Assembly: GCA_963933105.1 (NCBI GenBank)
Contig: CAWVRW010000009.1
Span: forward strand, 4,154 to 68,153
Reading direction: 5' to 3'
From: an uncultured Formosa sp.
Lineage (GTDB): Bacteria > Bacteroidota > Bacteroidia > Flavobacteriales > Flavobacteriaceae
DNA: 64,000 bases
This document shows positions 27,527 through 36,154 of this stretch, one piece after another. Below the pieces are notes generated by a model. That model was not told the DNA's origin, made no database searches, and saw nothing but the letters and a program-made list of their open reading frames with translations. The translations under genes were made by a program, and so were the position numbers. The first letter of the stretch is position 1, and the number at the start of each line of letters is the position of its first letter.

Positions 27527-28381
27527 ATGAATAATGATTTAAATTTCAAATTAGACCTTATGGATCAGCGTTACACGCTGCCCAAGTATTTTGGTATTAG
27601 CCCACGCATGGTGACTTATTGGAAGAGTAAAATGGTGCTTCCTTTTTTTGATACAGGAAAAAAAGGAAAAATGAATGTACCTCAGGCGCTCTGGGTATGT
27701 TTAATCCAAGAGCTAAGTACATTTGGAATCAATACCACAAAGCTTGCTGAGCTTGCCAAAATGGTATGGGATGAGCCACGTGAAAAAGGGTATTTTAAAT
27801 CTAAGCTCGAAAAGCATATTGCTTTTTTAAAAAAGCAAAATATTGCTGATTCGTCTTTAAAGGGTTTTGAATTTATTTTAAACGATTCTAAGCTTCTTAG
27901 TACCCATGGAATGGAGATAAACCCATTTTCCGATGCTGTTATTGATAGCATTTTGGTAGATAAAAAGCCTATGTCGTTTTACTACTTTCCTAAAACAGGT
28001 GAGTATCACATAAGAGATGGTAATAAAGCTATTACAGAAAAGTTTCTGGAAATGATAAACGATAAGGCTTATATGTGTATTCCTCTTATGCCCTTTATAG
28101 AGCAGATTGTCTCTGTTGAGTTTCAAAGGGTAAAAAAGGACATTGCTTACTTAAGCCAAATAGAGAATCAAATTCGTGAGATTATTATGTTTAAATCCCC
28201 AAAGTATATTGAGCTTCTTGTGGATAACGATAACATCAAACCCCTTATCATTCGTGAAGACCATAAAAAGGCCAAGCAGCTTGCAGATTTCTTTTTAAAT
28301 AACAAACTGCCCAAAACAGCAAGGCTACTAATAGAGCCAAGAGCGCAAGACAATTACAAACTAACCATCTTAACTAAATAG
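27527..28381 (+). CDS. MerR/excisionase-like helix-turn-helix protein with an unknown ~220-aa C-terminal region (the ORF-track TTG start 27482 is trimmed to ATG 27527)
   Basis: YFGISPRMVTYWKSKMVLPF resembles a MerR-type HTH (compare the pattern LGVS-x-x-T-x-x-YW-x-x-x-G). It is divergent from the Zn-ribbon gene and upstream of the recombinase. Confidence 0.55.
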   Translation: MNNDLNFKLDLMDQRYTLPKYFGISPRMVTYWKSKMVLPFFDTGKKGKMNVPQALWVCLIQELSTFGINTTKLAELAKMVWDEPREKGYFKSKLEKHIAFLKKQNIADSSLKGFEFILNDSKLLSTHGMEINPFSDAVIDSILVDKKPMSFYYFPKTGEYHIRDGNKAITEKFLEMINDKAYMCIPLMPFIEQIVSVEFQRVKKDIAYLSQIENQIREIIMFKSPKYIELLVDNDNIKPLIIREDHKKAKQLADFFLNNKLPKTARLLIEPRAQDNYKLTILTK

Positions 28382-28446
28382 TATGAAAACAATTGTATCA
28401 CCCAATCGGTCCCTGAGAATCCAGCCCGAGTTAATCTTAACTCGAT

Positions 28447-28614
28447 ATGGACCAAATGAGTCAAACTATTTTAGAGGACGATAAATTAACAGAACAAAGA
28501 AGAAAAGTTGTAAAAGAAAAACTATTCCTTATTTACACTAAGGATGAAAATATTGATGAGCTTTTGATTTCATTAGAAGCTTATTGCACTATTGTATTAA
28601 ACACACTTAAATAA
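28447..28614 (+). CDS. Unlisted 55-aa ORF immediately upstream of the recombinase (possible directionality factor or regulator)
   Basis: Own translation: MDQMSQTILEDDKLTEQRRKVVKEKLFLIYTKDENIDELLISLEAYCTIVLNTLK. Its stop is at 28612-28614 and the recombinase ATG at 28620. It is below the ORF-track length cutoff. Confidence 0.35.
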   Translation: MDQMSQTILEDDKLTEQRRKVVKEKLFLIYTKDENIDELLISLEAYCTIVLNTLK

Positions 28615-28619
28615 GAATT

Positions 28620-30224
28620 ATGAATACGCTTGAAAAGCTTAAAGAGTTTGCTCCTAAGAAAAATCAGCTTAGACAAAGTAATAATGCAATTATATATACT
28701 CGAGTTTCTACAAAAGAACAAGCCGATACCAATACCTCCCTTGAAACACAGAAGAAGTATTGTGAAAACTATGCTAAATCTAACGGCTACAAAGTAGCTG
28801 GTTACTTTGGTGGAACTTATGAGTCTGCAAAAAGTGATGAGCGTAAAGAGTTTAAACGGATGCTTAAATACGTCAGGCAAAGTGGCACAGTGGGATATAT
28901 CATTGTATACTCCTATGATAGATTCTCTAGGACAGGAAGTAGTGCAGCACAGATTTCTCAAGAGTTAAACGACCAAGGGATTCAGGTCAAAGCAGTAACC
29001 CAAGAAGTGGATACCACCTCAGCAGCAGGTAAGTTTCAACAGAACCTATTTTATATGTTTAGTCAGTTTGACAATGAGCTTCGAAAAGACAAAACAATTA
29101 CGGCGATGACCGACCTTCTTAGAAAAGGCTATTGGTTATGGAACCCGCCTGTTGGATACATCAATAAAAAGAAATACCACAAAGCGGTAGATTGGGAAAT
29201 TATACCCTCTAAACAGAGTAAGCTAATTAAGAAAGCATTTGCATGGAAATTAAAAGCAATCTATTCTAATATTGAAATCATCGATAAGCTTCAAAACTTA
29301 GGAATGAGAATAGATGAGCGTAGACTAAGTGAGATGTTTAAAAATCCTTTTTATTGTGGTGTGCTTGTGAGCAAGATGATTCCAGGTGAAATAATTGAAG
29401 CAAAGCATAAGCCACTTGTATCTAAAGAAGACTTTTTAAAGATTAACTCTATCAATACCCATCATCCAACACACCACAAAGCAGAAAATGACAATCTACC
29501 CCTAAAGCAGTTTATCTACTGTGAAAGCTGTAAACTACCGCTAACAGGATATCTTGTCAAGAAAAAAGGGCTTTACTATTACAAGTGTAGAACTAAAGGG
29601 TGCTCGTGCAACAAATCCGCTAAAACACTTCATAGTACTTTTACAGAGGATTTGAGAACGTATCAAGTTGAACCAAAATATAAAGACATCATAAAAGAGG
29701 TGATGACATATACCTATGATAACATCACCAAAGAGTTAAGGACTCAAAAGAAGTCCATTAAAAAAAATATTACAGAGCTAAATACTAAAATAGAATCCAT
29801 TGAAGAGCGATACGCACTTGGGGAATTAGATAACGCTATCTACAAAAAGTTTAAAGACAAATATGAAACTCAAAAAGAAGAATTACAGTCAAAAATTGAA
29901 AATCCAACATTAAATAGTTCGAACCTTGAATTGGCTATTGATAAAGCGCTTAGTTTATCCGCATCTCTTGAGAAGGTTTGGACTGAAGGGGATTTAAAAC
30001 AAAAACAAAAACTTCAAAATTTAGTCTTTCCATCCGGATTGGGTTACGACAAGTCAAACGACCGAGTTCGAACCCCAAAAGTGAACGCTATTTTTGGCTC
30101 AATACCGATTTTAACGAAGGAAATATCAAACATAAAAAATGGAGAACCGATTCCTGTGAATCAATTCTCCGATTTAGTGACCCAGAAGGGATTCGAACCC
30201 CCAACCGTCAGAGCCGAAATCTGA
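28620..30224 (+). CDS. Large serine recombinase (resolvase catalytic domain, recombinase domain, zinc ribbon, coiled coil)
   Basis: AIIYTRVSTKEQ holds the catalytic Ser; YSYDRFSR and VTQEVDT are also present. Zn ribbon CESCKLPLTGY...YYYKCRTKGCSC. Coiled coil NITELNTKIESIEERYALGELDNAIYKKFKDKYETQKEELQSKIE. The last 16 codons (47 nt, 30178-30224) are antisense to the tRNA gene. Confidence 0.9.
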   Translation: MNTLEKLKEFAPKKNQLRQSNNAIIYTRVSTKEQADTNTSLETQKKYCENYAKSNGYKVAGYFGGTYESAKSDERKEFKRMLKYVRQSGTVGYIIVYSYDRFSRTGSSAAQISQELNDQGIQVKAVTQEVDTTSAAGKFQQNLFYMFSQFDNELRKDKTITAMTDLLRKGYWLWNPPVGYINKKKYHKAVDWEIIPSKQSKLIKKAFAWKLKAIYSNIEIIDKLQNLGMRIDERRLSEMFKNPFYCGVLVSKMIPGEIIEAKHKPLVSKEDFLKINSINTHHPTHHKAENDNLPLKQFIYCESCKLPLTGYLVKKKGLYYYKCRTKGCSCNKSAKTLHSTFTEDLRTYQVEPKYKDIIKEVMTYTYDNITKELRTQKKSIKKNITELNTKIESIEERYALGELDNAIYKKFKDKYETQKEELQSKIENPTLNSSNLELAIDKALSLSASLEKVWTEGDLKQKQKLQNLVFPSGLGYDKSNDRVRTPKVNAIFGSIPILTKEISNIKNGEPIPVNQFSDLVTQKGFEPPTVRAEI

Positions 30225-30251
30225 TATTCTATCCAGTTGAACTACTGGGCC
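30178..30251 (-). tRNA. tRNA-Arg, anticodon TCG (UCG), 74 nt, CCA not encoded
   Basis: The reverse complement folds as a cloverleaf. Acceptor GGCCCAG/CTGGGTC; D arm GTTC-AACTGGATA-GAAT; anticodon arm TCAGA-TTTCGGC-TCTGA; variable loop CGGTT; T arm GGGGG-TTCGAAT-CCCTT; discriminator A. Confidence 0.85.
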
Positions 30252-30258
30252 ATTGTAT

Positions 30259-30705
30259 TTAAGACAACTTAGCTTTCACTAACGTTGATATTGTTTTGCC
30301 ATCGGTTTTACCTGCAAGGGTTTTACTCACCACACCCATCACACGTCCCATGTCTTTCATTCCAGATGCGCCTAAAGATGCAATGGTATCTACCACTACT
30401 TTTTCAACTTCCGATTCGTCTAACATTTGCGGTAAAAATTGACTGATCACCTCGACTTCAGCCAATTCAGGTTCTGCTAAATCTAAACGATTTTGCTCTG
30501 TAAATATCGCCGCACTGTCCTTACGTTGTTTGACTAATTTTTGTAATAATTTAAACTCGTCTTCTTCATTCATCTCCGCATCAGCACCACTCGTACGAGC
30601 TAATAAAATAGCGGATTTAATAGATCTTAATGCGGTAAGGGCTACGGCATCCTTGGATTTCATAGCGGCCTTAAGCGCGGTCATAACTGAATCTTGTAAG
30701 CTCAT
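30259..30705 (-). CDS. GatB/YqeY domain-containing protein
   Basis: 148 aa. MSLQDSVMTALKAAMKSKD...LTALRSIKSAILLA...LVKQRKDSAAIF...AEPELAEVEVISQFLP is the typical YqeY pattern. Confidence 0.85.
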   Translation of the reverse strand: MSLQDSVMTALKAAMKSKDAVALTALRSIKSAILLARTSGADAEMNEEDEFKLLQKLVKQRKDSAAIFTEQNRLDLAEPELAEVEVISQFLPQMLDESEVEKVVVDTIASLGASGMKDMGRVMGVVSKTLAGKTDGKTISTLVKAKLS

Positions 30706-30760
30706 AAGATGGACGTTTAATTAGAATGCGAATATAACAAAAACAACCATTCTTATTCTT

Positions 30761-30804
30761 AAAAAATAAAAAAACCTGAGAAATGAATTCATCTCTCAGG
30801 TTTT
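30761..30804 (-). terminator. Rho-independent terminator downstream of ftsZ
   Basis: acctgaga-(12 nt loop)-tctcaggt. On the minus strand a U-run follows (reverse complement of aaaaaataaaaaaa). Confidence 0.7.
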
Positions 30805-30825
30805 AAATTTTAATATCGATTGGTA

Positions 30826-32751
30826 TTAATCGACGTTATCATGTAAATACGAATTATTAGATCGTAGTTGAACCTCATCATTGTCATCAAGACCTATGGT
30901 GGTTCTAGAAGACTGCACATCTGAAGAGTGCTCCACATCTTTCAAATTGACACCCTGACGTTTATAGGCAGGCTCTTTTTCAATTTCCTCAATTTTAGAG
31001 GTGTTGAATTTATAATTAAAAGCCTTCATTTTCTGACGTCTTTCATCTGCTCTCTCTCTGAGTGTGATTGAAATTGGACTGTCATAAGGATCCGAGGTTT
31101 CTTCTGGTTCCGATGTAACCGTCCGTTCTTTAACCGTCACTTTAGTAAAAGTCATTTCTTCATCAACCTCCACTTCTACCGTTGGTTTTGCACCTTCATA
31201 TTTTTGATCGGTTTGTTCCAAAACAATATGATCGTCCAATACATAACGCGTCTCCCCTTCTTCATTCGCCTCCGTTACAGGAATTAATTCTATATAGTCA
31301 TTGACTTCAATATTATTTACAGCAGTATCTTCTAAAGTAAAAACTTCCACTTCTTCAGAATCTGATATCGATGGTCTGTTAGATATTGGAAGGTCAAATG
31401 TGAGCATCGTTTGATCTTCTTCTTGAATGGCTTCAAAGCTATCTTCGGATGGCATGCTGGTGACTTCATTGATAATAAAGTCCTCCTCTTCAATCTCTCC
31501 GGTCTCTACATTCACTTCTTCAAAAACAACTTCAATATTATTAATCGCTTCCGAAGTTGGAATTAAATCCGATTCACTAGAAACTTCCACAACCTCGTCT
31601 GTAGCAACTTCTTCCAAATTATAAACCACAGCTTCTTCACTTACGGCTTCAACAGTCGCTGATGGCGTATTTAAAGGATCTAAGGGCATTAAATCATGTT
31701 GCATTGTTTGTTCGTCTTCCAACGCATGGACTACCTTTTTAGCCTCTGTATTGGTGATGTCATTTTGTTGATCGACATCAAATCCTGTGGCAATAATGGT
31801 CACAGAAATAGATTCTCCTAACCCTTCATCTTCCCCGACTCCCATGATGATATTGGCACCGTAACCAGCCTCGGCTTGAATATGATCATTTATTTCTCCT
31901 ATTTCATCAATGGTAATTTCTTGTGTGCCAGAAACGATGAGCAATAATACGTTTTTAGCACCTGTAATTTTATTATCATTCAATAATGGAGAGTCCAAAG
32001 CAGATGTAATTGCTTCTTGGGCTCTATTTTGACCAGAAGAAGTCGAAGACCCCATAATGGCAGTTCCGCTATTACTCAATACTGTTTTAGCATCTCGTAA
32101 ATCAATATTTTGCAAGTAGTGGTGCGTGATGACTTCAGCAATGCCACGAGCAGCCGTGGAAAGTACTTCATCGGCTTTAGAGAAACCAGCTTTAAACCCT
32201 AAATTACCATATACATCTCTTAACTTGTTGTTGTTTATAATCACTAAAGAGTCCACGGTTTTTCGAAATTTCTCAATCCCTTGGTGGGCTTGTGCATTTC
32301 TTATTTTACCTTCAAACTCAAAGGGCATGGTGACAATTCCCACAGTGAGAATGTCCATCTCTTTTGCCATCTTAGCAATAATTGGCGCAGCACCTGTTCC
32401 GGTTCCACCACCCATACCAGCCGTGATAAATACCATCTTGGTATTTGACGATAACATGGTACGAATATCATCCAAACTTTCAACCGCCGATTGCTCCCCT
32501 ATTTCAGGATTGGCACCTGCACCTAAACCTTCGGTTAAATGCACTCCGAGTTGAATTTTGTTGGGAACCCCACTGTTGTTCAATGCTTGTGAATCGGTAT
32601 TACAGATCACAAAATCGACCCCTTTAATTCCTTGTTTAAACATGTGGTTAATCGCATTGCTTCCGCCCCCTCCAACGCCAATCACCTTGATGATGTTCGA
32701 TTGGTTTTTTGGGAGATCGAATGTGATTCCAAAATTATTATTGCTGCTCAT
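30826..32751 (-). CDS. ftsZ: Cell division GTPase FtsZ with a long acidic C-terminal linker
   Basis: GVGGGGSNA and the tubulin signature GGGTGTGAAP are present. 641 aa, and roughly the last 300 aa are Glu/Asp-rich and low in complexity. Confidence 0.95.
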   Translation of the reverse strand: MSSNNNFGITFDLPKNQSNIIKVIGVGGGGSNAINHMFKQGIKGVDFVICNTDSQALNNSGVPNKIQLGVHLTEGLGAGANPEIGEQSAVESLDDIRTMLSSNTKMVFITAGMGGGTGTGAAPIIAKMAKEMDILTVGIVTMPFEFEGKIRNAQAHQGIEKFRKTVDSLVIINNNKLRDVYGNLGFKAGFSKADEVLSTAARGIAEVITHHYLQNIDLRDAKTVLSNSGTAIMGSSTSSGQNRAQEAITSALDSPLLNDNKITGAKNVLLLIVSGTQEITIDEIGEINDHIQAEAGYGANIIMGVGEDEGLGESISVTIIATGFDVDQQNDITNTEAKKVVHALEDEQTMQHDLMPLDPLNTPSATVEAVSEEAVVYNLEEVATDEVVEVSSESDLIPTSEAINNIEVVFEEVNVETGEIEEEDFIINEVTSMPSEDSFEAIQEEDQTMLTFDLPISNRPSISDSEEVEVFTLEDTAVNNIEVNDYIELIPVTEANEEGETRYVLDDHIVLEQTDQKYEGAKPTVEVEVDEEMTFTKVTVKERTVTSEPEETSDPYDSPISITLRERADERRQKMKAFNYKFNTSKIEEIEKEPAYKRQGVNLKDVEHSSDVQSSRTTIGLDDNDEVQLRSNNSYLHDNVD

Positions 32752-32777
32752 ATACTTAGTTTTACTGGTTATAATTT

Positions 32778-34088
32778 TTATTCTGCGTTGTCCAAAAAGT
32801 CTTTCACTCTTTCGGTTAATTTATCCAAAAAGCTGCGGTTGTCGCGAGGCGATTCAATGGGCGTCGGAACTATTGGCACATCTTCGTCCTCCACTTCTAC
32901 TTCTGGAGTTTCAATAATTCGTTTTTCTTGTCGCATCAAACTGTCCATGACAAGTCCGACTGCTGTGGCGTACATTGGACTTGTAATGTCGCTATCGCTG
33001 TCCCCTGCCAAATGCTCGTTTGGATAGCCAACTCTGGTATCCATTCCTGTGATGTATTCTACCAATTGCTTCAAGTGCTTCAGTTGACTTCCACCACCTG
33101 TTAACACAATCCCTGCGATGAGTTTTTTCTTTTGCTCTTCGTGTCCGTAATTTTTAATTTCTACATAGACTTGTTCGATAATTTCCACCACTCTGGCATG
33201 AATTATTTTAGACAAGTTTTTAAGCGTAATTTCTTTGGGATCGCGCCCTCTCAAACCGGGAATCGAGACGATTTCGTTTTCCTTGTTTTCGCCTGGCCAT
33301 GCAGATCCAAATTTTATTTTTAATAATTCGGCTTGCTTTTCTATAATCGAACAGCCTTCTTTGATGTCTTCAGTAATCACATTTCCTCCAAAAGGAATCA
33401 CCGCTGTATGTCTGATAATACCATCTTTAAAAACGGCTAAATCAGTCGTTCCACCTCCTATATCAATCAGGGCAACGCCCGCTTCTTTTTCTTCTTGACT
33501 CAGCACTGCATTGGCGGATGCTAAAGGCTCTAAAGTGATGCCGTCTAAATTCAAGCCTGCTGTTTGTACACAACGTCCAATGTTTCGAATGGAAGACACC
33601 TGCCCTACTACGACGTGGAAATTTGCTTCAAGACGTTCGCCATACATCCCGATGGGTTCTTTAACTTCAGCCTGACCATCCACTTTATAATCTTGTGGTA
33701 ACACATGAATAATTTCTTCACCCGGAAGCATGACCAACTTGTGAACTTGATTGATAAGACGGTCAATATCTTCTTCATTGATGACCAATTCAGAATTCTC
33801 ACGAGTGATATAATCACTGTGCTGAAGACTGCGAATGTGCTGTCCTGCTATCCCTACGGTGACATCTCCAATCTTAAGACCTGAATTGGTTTCTGATTCC
33901 AAAACAGCTTGTTGGATGGACTGAATGGTTTGCGTAATGTTATTCACAACCCCTCTATGCACACCCAGACTTTTGGACTTTCCAATGCCGAGTATCTCTA
34001 ATTTGTCATACTCATTTTTACGACCAATCATCGCCACAATTTTTGTGGTACCAATATCTAATCCTACTGAAATGTTTTGAGCTTCCAT
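32778..34088 (-). CDS. ftsA: Cell division protein FtsA (start trimmed to ATG 34088)
   Basis: VGLDIGTTKIVAM and ALIDIGGGTTDLAVF are actin-fold phosphate motifs. It lies between ftsQ and ftsZ. Confidence 0.93.
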   Translation of the reverse strand: MEAQNISVGLDIGTTKIVAMIGRKNEYDKLEILGIGKSKSLGVHRGVVNNITQTIQSIQQAVLESETNSGLKIGDVTVGIAGQHIRSLQHSDYITRENSELVINEEDIDRLINQVHKLVMLPGEEIIHVLPQDYKVDGQAEVKEPIGMYGERLEANFHVVVGQVSSIRNIGRCVQTAGLNLDGITLEPLASANAVLSQEEKEAGVALIDIGGGTTDLAVFKDGIIRHTAVIPFGGNVITEDIKEGCSIIEKQAELLKIKFGSAWPGENKENEIVSIPGLRGRDPKEITLKNLSKIIHARVVEIIEQVYVEIKNYGHEEQKKKLIAGIVLTGGGSQLKHLKQLVEYITGMDTRVGYPNEHLAGDSDSDITSPMYATAVGLVMDSLMRQEKRIIETPEVEVEDEDVPIVPTPIESPRDNRSFLDKLTERVKDFLDNAE

Positions 34089-34092
34089 ACAC

Positions 34093-34812
34093 TTATTTTT
34101 TTGTGCAAACAACTTGATTATCAAACTGTAAATTCACGCTTTTATATATATCTAACACTTTATCTTTTTTTGCTTTTTGATAAAATGCTTTTAAATTCTT
34201 CATTTTTTCGTCTAAATTTTCAAGGCTTCCTACTAAAACCTTAAAATTTAAGAGTCTCATTTTTAAACTTATTTCTTTATTTTTTTCTTGATGAATCTCA
34301 GTTACGTAAGTTTTTAAAAACGAATCCGAATAGACTTTTAAAGCCATCGTGTAAACGACTTCTAAATCTTCTTTTTCCACATCGCCCGTCACCAAAGTCA
34401 CACGCGCACTGTGTTGTGGGGACAACGGCATCCACAAACCATCTTCATCAATGTAAAATGTCGTTTTAGAATACACTCTTGCAATCGGTTGTTTTTGTTC
34501 GATTTTCGTCCTAACTTCTCCGTTTACAGTAAGATACACCTGAGCCGATTTTATCATGTCATCCGACTCAAGTAAAAACTCCATTTCCTTCAAATCTAAA
34601 TTATCTTTTGGTAAATTATACAGTTGTTCTTGATTTTGTATTAACAATTTATTAACCATCTCTGTGGTAATATAAACGTTCTCATTTCCGGTAAATTGGA
34701 CGGCCACTTTGGTCACCGAACGGTTGTTGTTTTTGAAGGAAGAAAAGGCATACAAAAACACCACTAATCCTAGCAACAACACGCCTTTAATGAGATTCCA
34801 GTTAATACGCAT
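34093..34812 (-). CDS. ftsQ: Cell division protein FtsQ-like (single TM plus POTRA-like region)
   Basis: 239 aa with an N-terminal TM helix (GVLLLGLVVFLYAF). Position in the dcw cluster, between murC and ftsA. Confidence 0.75.
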   Translation of the reverse strand: MRINWNLIKGVLLLGLVVFLYAFSSFKNNNRSVTKVAVQFTGNENVYITTEMVNKLLIQNQEQLYNLPKDNLDLKEMEFLLESDDMIKSAQVYLTVNGEVRTKIEQKQPIARVYSKTTFYIDEDGLWMPLSPQHSARVTLVTGDVEKEDLEVVYTMALKVYSDSFLKTYVTEIHQEKNKEISLKMRLLNFKVLVGSLENLDEKMKNLKAFYQKAKKDKVLDIYKSVNLQFDNQVVCTKK

Positions 34813-36154
34813 AGCTTAATTTTTCTTTTAATTCTGACACTTCAACTCCTATGTCCCCTGCCCCAAGGGTGATAAATACAGGGTAACCTAAATTTTTAAT
34901 TTCACTTTCGATGTCTGATTTCGATATTAATTTTTTAATCGGACTCGTGATTTTTTCTAACAACCAGCTTGAAGTAACTCCTGAAATTGGAAGCTCTCTA
35001 GCGGGATAGATCTCCAATAAAAAAGCGGCATCAAACTGAGACAAGCTCGCTGCAAATTCATCTGCAAAATCTTTGGTTCTGCTAAACAGATGCGGTTGAA
35101 AGACCACCGCTACCTTTTTGTTTGGATACATTTCTGTAACGGCTTGATGCACCGCATTTATTTCGACTGGATGGTGTGCATAGTCATCTATAAACACAAA
35201 ATCGTCTGTTTTTATTTGATACGTAAAACGTCTTTTGACGCCCTTATATGAATTTAAAGCGGTTTTCAAATCTTCTGCGTCACAGCCAAATTCAAGTGCC
35301 ATCGCTAGTGCCGCAACCGCATTGGACAGGTTGTGCGTTCCCGGTAAATGAAAGGTTATATTTTCAATCAATCCGCTTGGCGTTTGAAGATCAAAGCGAT
35401 ACGATCCATTTTCAATTCGAACATTGATCGCACTGTAATCCGCATCCTCATTCACACCATAAGTGATTCCTTCTAAGGGCAACCCCTTTCGGATAAATAA
35501 TTTTCCTGAAGGTTTAATTTTTTGTGCAAACTGCTTAAACGTATCCACCAAATCGGCTTCAGAATTATAGATATCCAAATGATCTGCATCCATAGAAGTA
35601 ATGCAGGCAAAGTCTGGACTGAGCGTTAAAAATGAACGGTCAAATTCATCGGCTTCAACCACCGATATATCAGTGCCATTTTGAATTAAATTGGATTGGT
35701 AATTTTCTGAAATCCCCCCAATAAATGCGGTGACTTTTTCATCACAAGCATACATCAAATGCCCTAAAATACTGCTGGTCGTTGTTTTGCCATGCGTTCC
35801 TGCTACCGCCAAACACTGGGTGTGTTCTGTCACAAGACCTAAAACTGCAGAGCGTTTTAAAACTTGAAACTTATGTGTTTTAAAATACTGTAAAATCGCG
35901 TTTGATTCAGAAACTGCTGGTGTAAACACAATGAGTGTATCCTGTGGATCCAAAAACCGTTCGTCAATCTGTTTCGTATGCGTTTCAAACTGAACATGAA
36001 CCCCTAAATCTACAAGAGACTGCGTGATCAAAGTGGGTGTTTTATCATAACCCCCAACCACTTTACCATCCGCCACAAAGTATTTTGCAAGCGCACTCAT
36101 ACCAACACCGCCGATGCCAATAAAATATACGTTATGGATGGTTTTTAAATTCAT
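34802..36154 (-). CDS. murC: UDP-N-acetylmuramate--L-alanine ligase
   Basis: [13 protein letters not shown] and [11 protein letters not shown] motifs; Mur ligase architecture. Confidence 0.93.
   Translation of the reverse strand: MNLKTIHNVYFIGIGGVGMSALAKYFVADGKVVGGYDKTPTLITQSLVDLGVHVQFETHTKQIDERFLDPQDTLIVFTPAVSESNAILQYFKTHKFQVLKRSAVLGLVTEHTQCLAVAGTHGKTTTSSILGHLMYACDEKVTAFIGGISENYQSNLIQNGTDISVVEADEFDRSFLTLSPDFACITSMDADHLDIYNSEADLVDTFKQFAQKIKPSGKLFIRKGLPLEGITYGVNEDADYSAINVRIENGSYRFDLQTPSGLIENITFHLPGTHNLSNAVAALAMALEFGCDAEDLKTALNSYKGVKRRFTYQIKTDDFVFIDDYAHHPVEINAVHQAVTEMYPNKKVAVVFQPHLFSRTKDFADEFAASLSQFDAAFLLEIYPARELPISGVTSSWLLEKITSPIKKLISKSDIESEIKNLGYPVFITLGAGDIGVEVSELKEKLSYAY

Larger units (their letters stand above)
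26849..30224. mobile_element. Small serine-recombinase module (integrative element or remnant) abutting tRNA-Arg; left boundary not identified
   Basis: It contains a large serine recombinase, a MerR-like HTH protein and small orphan ORFs. The module is wedged between an accessory catabolic operon and the tRNA/dcw core genes, and the recombinase ORF ends inside the tRNA. Confidence 0.5.

Noticed and set aside
28383-28484. 33-aa ORF (MKTIVSPNRSLRIQPELILTRYGPNESNYFRGR) just after the HTH gene
   Set aside because: It is very short and overlaps, out of frame, the better-positioned 55-aa ORF that ends 5 nt before the recombinase start. It is not supportable.
30066-30204. Repeat ttcgaacccc at 30067-30076 and 30192-30201, considered as att core direct repeats
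   Set aside because: It is only 10 nt and contains the palindromic TTCGAA. Both copies are at the same (right) end of the module, 125 bp apart, so they cannot bracket the element. This is most likely chance.
32126-33027. Plus-strand ORFs of 119-142 aa (also 31427-31624 and 33132-33498) overlapping ftsZ and ftsA
   Set aside because: They lie antisense inside genes with unmistakable FtsZ/FtsA motifs, and their products are low-complexity Ser/Pro/Thr-rich shadows of the acidic coding strand. The same reasoning applies to the other short antisense ORFs in the track (for example 2501-2725, 7444-7659, 11051-11417, 16483-16698, 23571-23992, 41149-41543, 43298-43986, 45052-45453, 48916-49335, 52203-52909).
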